Shown here piece by piece: positions 60,331-64,000 of a DNA stretch of 64,000 nt. The stretch's first letter is position 1; each line of letters starts with the position of its first letter. A program made the translations under genes and the position numbers. A model generated the notes under the pieces. The model saw nothing but the letters and a program-made list of their open reading frames with translations, did not search any database and was not told the DNA's origin. The stretch comes from Klebsiella pneumoniae (GTDB lineage: Bacteria; Pseudomonadota; Gammaproteobacteria; Eutrophobiales; Eutrophobiaceae): positions 16,413-80,412 of the forward strand of contig CAMDWI010000020.1 in the NCBI GenBank assembly GCA_945878555.1. Direction: 5' to 3'.

Positions 60331-61296
60331 GTGAAAACAGAAAACAAATTGCATCAACAAAAAAGGATACTGGTTACAGGTGGTGCCGGTTTTCTGGGGT
60401 CACATCTGTGTGAAAGATTGTTGAATGAAGGCAATGAGGTTATTTGTGTTGATAACTATTTTACCGGCAGCAAACGGAATATCAGCCATTTACTTGATTC
60501 AAAAAGATTTGAGTTGATACGGCATGATGTTACGTTTCCACTCTATATAGAGGTGGATGAAATCTATAATCTTGCCTGTCCGGCTTCGCCAATTCATTAC
60601 CAGCATGATCCGGTACAGACGACCAAGACCAGTGTGCATGGTGCCATCAATATGCTGGGGCTGGCGAAAAGGATACGTGCGAGGATTTTCCAGGCATCTA
60701 CCAGTGAGGTTTATGGTGATCCGACAATTCATCCGCAAACGGAATCGTACTGGGGCAATGTGAATCCTCTCGGAATACGTGCCTGTTACGATGAAGGTAA
60801 ACGCTGTGCCGAGACATTGTTTTTTGATTACCATCGCCAGCACAAACTCAGAATCAAGGTGGCAAGGATATTTAATACGTATGGACCACACATGCATCCA
60901 TATGATGGCAGGGTAGTCTCAAATTTTATAGTCCAGGCATTGAAAAACGAGCCTATTTCAATATACGGGCAGGGTGATCAAACCCGATCATTCTGTTATG
61001 TGGATGATCTTATCGACGGATTAATCAGATTAATGAATTCCCCTGACGCACTGACAGGTCCGGTTAATCTCGGTAATCCCGGGGAATTTACAATCAAACA
61101 GTTGGCAGAAACAGTAATTAAAATGACGGGTTCATCTTCAAAGCTGGTATATATGCCCCTGCCAGAAGATGATCCCAAACAACGTCAGCCTGATATCACC
61201 CTGGCGAGGGAGCAGCTGGGATGGGAACCACACATCCCGCTTGAACAGGGGTTGATTAACACTATTCGATATTTTGATGACCTGCTGTCCAGTTAA
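60331..61296 (+). CDS. UDP-glucuronic acid decarboxylase family (extended SDR)
   Basis: [33 protein letters not shown]; GTG start at 60331. Confidence 0.93.
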   Translation: MKTENKLHQQKRILVTGGAGFLGSHLCERLLNEGNEVICVDNYFTGSKRNISHLLDSKRFELIRHDVTFPLYIEVDEIYNLACPASPIHYQHDPVQTTKTSVHGAINMLGLAKRIRARIFQASTSEVYGDPTIHPQTESYWGNVNPLGIRACYDEGKRCAETLFFDYHRQHKLRIKVARIFNTYGPHMHPYDGRVVSNFIVQALKNEPISIYGQGDQTRSFCYVDDLIDGLIRLMNSPDALTGPVNLGNPGEFTIKQLAETVIKMTGSSSKLVYMPLPEDDPKQRQPDITLAREQLGWEPHIPLEQGLINTIRYFDDLLSS

Positions 61297-61460
61297 TCTC
61301 ACTGAAAGCAAAGATTCTTCCTCAAGGCCACCGGTAATGATGTTCTGTATTGATACCAGTCGTATGGATGGTAATACCTCAGTGGATCATGCTGGAACCT
61401 GGAATAGATAACAAGCGTCTGCCGAATTGACGATCCAGACCTGGTAGAGCAGTTTCTTGT

Positions 61461-63542
61461 TTAGCGGAACCCGGCCCGTTCTGCCGTGACCGGGCTGGCA
61501 ACTGTGGGTACCGGGTATACCAGATCGCCAAGTATCCTCGCACTTTCTTTCAGCAGCACATCAACAGGTTCAATTTTTTCATATTCTTCATCGCTGGCAT
61601 CTTCTTCCAGAGGTTTCAGACCCTGGGCTATTCGGAATTCATTTTGAAGACGTTTGCTGGCCTGGGTCAGCTTTTCACGCTCCAGTTTGCGACCCGATTC
61701 AAGCAGGCTGATGGTTTTTTTCTCACTGGCCTGGTAACTGAGCTCCATTTCTTCCATTAGCAGCTGGAACAGGTGGTCAGATTTAATCCGCTGTTCATGA
61801 GCGTTGCGGGCCTCGTCGTAGCGATTTAATGGTGCGTTGGCAGCTACAAAGCGGGCAGGCTTGATCTGGTCCCAGGGCAGGGCATTCTCAAGCGAGCGTT
61901 CACCGTGCTCGGCCGAATTGAGCCTGGCAGTAGGATAGGTGATGTCTGGAACGACACCCTTGTGTTGATTACTGCCCCCGCTTACTCGGAAAAATTGTGC
62001 AATCGTCGTTTTTAATCTTCCATGATCCGAGTCGTCCCGGGTAAAGCGATTCAGGTCTACGATGTTCTGGACCGTGCCTTTGCCAAAGGTCGGCTCACCA
62101 ATAATAATGCCACGCTGGTAGTCCTGTATGGCACCGGCAAAAATTTCGGAGGCAGAGGCGCTATTCCGATCCACCAGCACTGCCAGCGGGCCGGCATAGG
62201 CTATCGCCGGATCAGGATCGCGGCTGATGTCGATATTGCCGGAGGAATCTTTCGTCTGCACAATTGGCCCGGATTCGATAAACAGGCCAGTCAGTTCGAG
62301 GGCTTCCGAGAGCGAACCACCACCGTTGTTTCGCAGGTCAACGATGATGCCGTCGACATTGTCATCACGTAGAGTCTGCAGAAGCTTTCTCACATCACGG
62401 GTCGTGCTGCGGTAATCAGGCTCACCGCGTGCCTGTGCGGCAAAGTCACTGTAAAATGTGGGTACGTTGATTACACCGATACGCTGCTTGTTTTCCAGCT
62501 CGATCACTTCAGATTTTGCAGCCTGTTCCTCAAGCTTGATCTCATCACGCGTGATGGTAATGATCTGGCTGGGCCCATCGGTTCCTGCGTCATTAGGAAT
62601 CACTTCGAGACGTACAACCGTACCTTTAGGGCCACGAATCAGGTCTACAACATCATCAAGTCGCCAGCCAATAACATCAACTATCTCACCTTCAGCCTCC
62701 TGACCTACGCCGACAATCTTGTCGAGGTCATGTAGCTGACCACTCAGGTCCGCAGGACCGCCCGGGACAATACTTTGTACCTCTGTATAGTCTGTCTCAC
62801 CCCGCAATACAGCGCCAATTCCTTCAAGTGAAAGACTCATGCTGATGTCAAAATTTTCAGATGTGCGCGGTGAAAAATATGATGTATGCGGCTCGATAGA
62901 AGTCGTATAGGCGTTGGCAAAAATCTGGAAAATATCATTCGCATTATATTGAAATGTGCTGGTCTGCAATCGTTTGTAGCGTTTGCCGAGTATTTCCGTG
63001 ATTTCATCCGCTGCTTTTTCGGTGAACTTCAGGTTGAGGTAATCATTCTTGACGCGTTTGCGCCAGACATCATCGAGTGCTACGCGCTCAAGCCAGGGTG
63101 ATTTGGAACGGTCGAATTCAAAATCCTCATCAATACTGAAATCAAAATCCTGCCCGAGCAGATTCAGGGCATAATCTACCCGTTCCTGAACACGTTTTCT
63201 GAACAGGCGGAACATGGTAAAAACGGCAGTTAAATCAGGTGACTTTAACGCATCATCCAGGCGGTATCGGTATTCTTCAAATTGTTTTACGTCTTCAGCT
63301 GTAAGAAAAATCCGGTTTGGATCCAGCGCTTCTATGTAGTTATCCAGAATCTGGGCAGAAAGGTTATCGTCGAGAGGTTTGTTACGGTAGTGATAGTTCT
63401 CAATGATATAGACAATAATCTCGGCTGTTTCCTCCTGATCCGTCGTCGCGACAAGCTCTGACTCATCAACAAGAGGTGTTTCAGCCAGGGCAGCCAGTGT
63501 CAGCACATTTAATGTGAGACCGAGTATTAAGGACTTATACAT
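61461..63542 (-). CDS. prc: Carboxy-terminal processing (tail-specific) protease, S41
   Basis: Signal peptide; PDZ LEGIGA; DLRNNGGG, SASASEI, TFGKGTVQ. Confidence 0.93.
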   Translation of the reverse strand: MYKSLILGLTLNVLTLAALAETPLVDESELVATTDQEETAEIIVYIIENYHYRNKPLDDNLSAQILDNYIEALDPNRIFLTAEDVKQFEEYRYRLDDALKSPDLTAVFTMFRLFRKRVQERVDYALNLLGQDFDFSIDEDFEFDRSKSPWLERVALDDVWRKRVKNDYLNLKFTEKAADEITEILGKRYKRLQTSTFQYNANDIFQIFANAYTTSIEPHTSYFSPRTSENFDISMSLSLEGIGAVLRGETDYTEVQSIVPGGPADLSGQLHDLDKIVGVGQEAEGEIVDVIGWRLDDVVDLIRGPKGTVVRLEVIPNDAGTDGPSQIITITRDEIKLEEQAAKSEVIELENKQRIGVINVPTFYSDFAAQARGEPDYRSTTRDVRKLLQTLRDDNVDGIIVDLRNNGGGSLSEALELTGLFIESGPIVQTKDSSGNIDISRDPDPAIAYAGPLAVLVDRNSASASEIFAGAIQDYQRGIIIGEPTFGKGTVQNIVDLNRFTRDDSDHGRLKTTIAQFFRVSGGSNQHKGVVPDITYPTARLNSAEHGERSLENALPWDQIKPARFVAANAPLNRYDEARNAHEQRIKSDHLFQLLMEEMELSYQASEKKTISLLESGRKLEREKLTQASKRLQNEFRIAQGLKPLEEDASDEEYEKIEPVDVLLKESARILGDLVYPVPTVASPVTAERAGFR

Positions 63543-63916
63543 AATGGATTTGGAATAGCCACCTTTAAATTGGTTTAACAGGATAAAATATCGTATGCAT
63601 TTCCTGTTCGAAGTACCGCAGGGTCTCGTGTCAGGGAATAACCTATGTGGAGAAAATTATACAACAAAAACATGGGATAATCCCGATACATCTATCTGCT
63701 TACAATTGACCAGAACAGCCGATATAGATCGTAATCGTTAAATTCATGTCAACACCACACCCCATCACTTCGTTAAAATCGGAAAGCCGTGAGTGATACA
63801 TATGGGGAATATCTCCGTAGAAATAAGTCATGATATGAAGAGAGAATTACAATATAATCCATTGAAATAATTAAACATTTATGCTGTTGGTTTAGGGGAG
63901 CAGGTGATGAATTAAG

Positions 63917-63932
63917 TGTGAAATACATCACA
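63917..63932. promoter_or_regulatory. CRP-family consensus site
   Basis: TGTGA-aataca-TCACA in an AT-rich intergenic region. Confidence 0.6.
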
Positions 63933-64000
63933 AAACACCATAACTCGGGCGATAGGATCGGGGCAGACGTGTACCTTACAGGTATATGATTTGACTGTAA

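Overview
This is chromosomal DNA from a gammaproteobacterium; the phasin gene suggests it stores PHA. It falls into four blocks. (1) 174-14123: a tightly coupled 8-gene MoxR AAA+/DUF58/vWA operon of unknown function. It also encodes DUF4159, a caspase-fold protein that appears to lack its catalytic Cys, a TPR-zinc peptidase and a 1256-aa Gln-rich coiled-coil protein. (2) About 14124-26920: an accessory hotspot with no integrase. It starts with an AT-rich run of co-oriented ORFans separated by one well-formed and several decayed integron attC-like sites, and includes a HEPN-motif protein and a Cys-rich caspase-fold candidate. Further on are two complete toxin-antitoxin pairs, an orphan higA, a higA remnant, a probable REP-associated tyrosine transposase (RAYT) remnant with REP-like motifs, and DUF305-LVIVD, ADH, SOUL and DUF1801 genes. 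(3) ffs-dnaX-ybaB-recR, where dnaX has an A_AAA_AAG slippery site. It is followed by an inserted three-gene envelope locus: a nucleotidyltransferase-HAD-PepSY-like fusion, a CDP-glycerol phosphotransferase-like gene and a flippase. (4) Core genes: M48 peptidase, orn-nnr-tsaE-amidase-mutL-miaA-hfq-hflXKC-hisZ-purA, tRNA-Leu(CAG), rnr, rlmB, avtA, sohB, ABC exporter, phasin, msrA, UDP-GlcA decarboxylase and prc. All family assignments come from motif recognition by eye; no searches were run.
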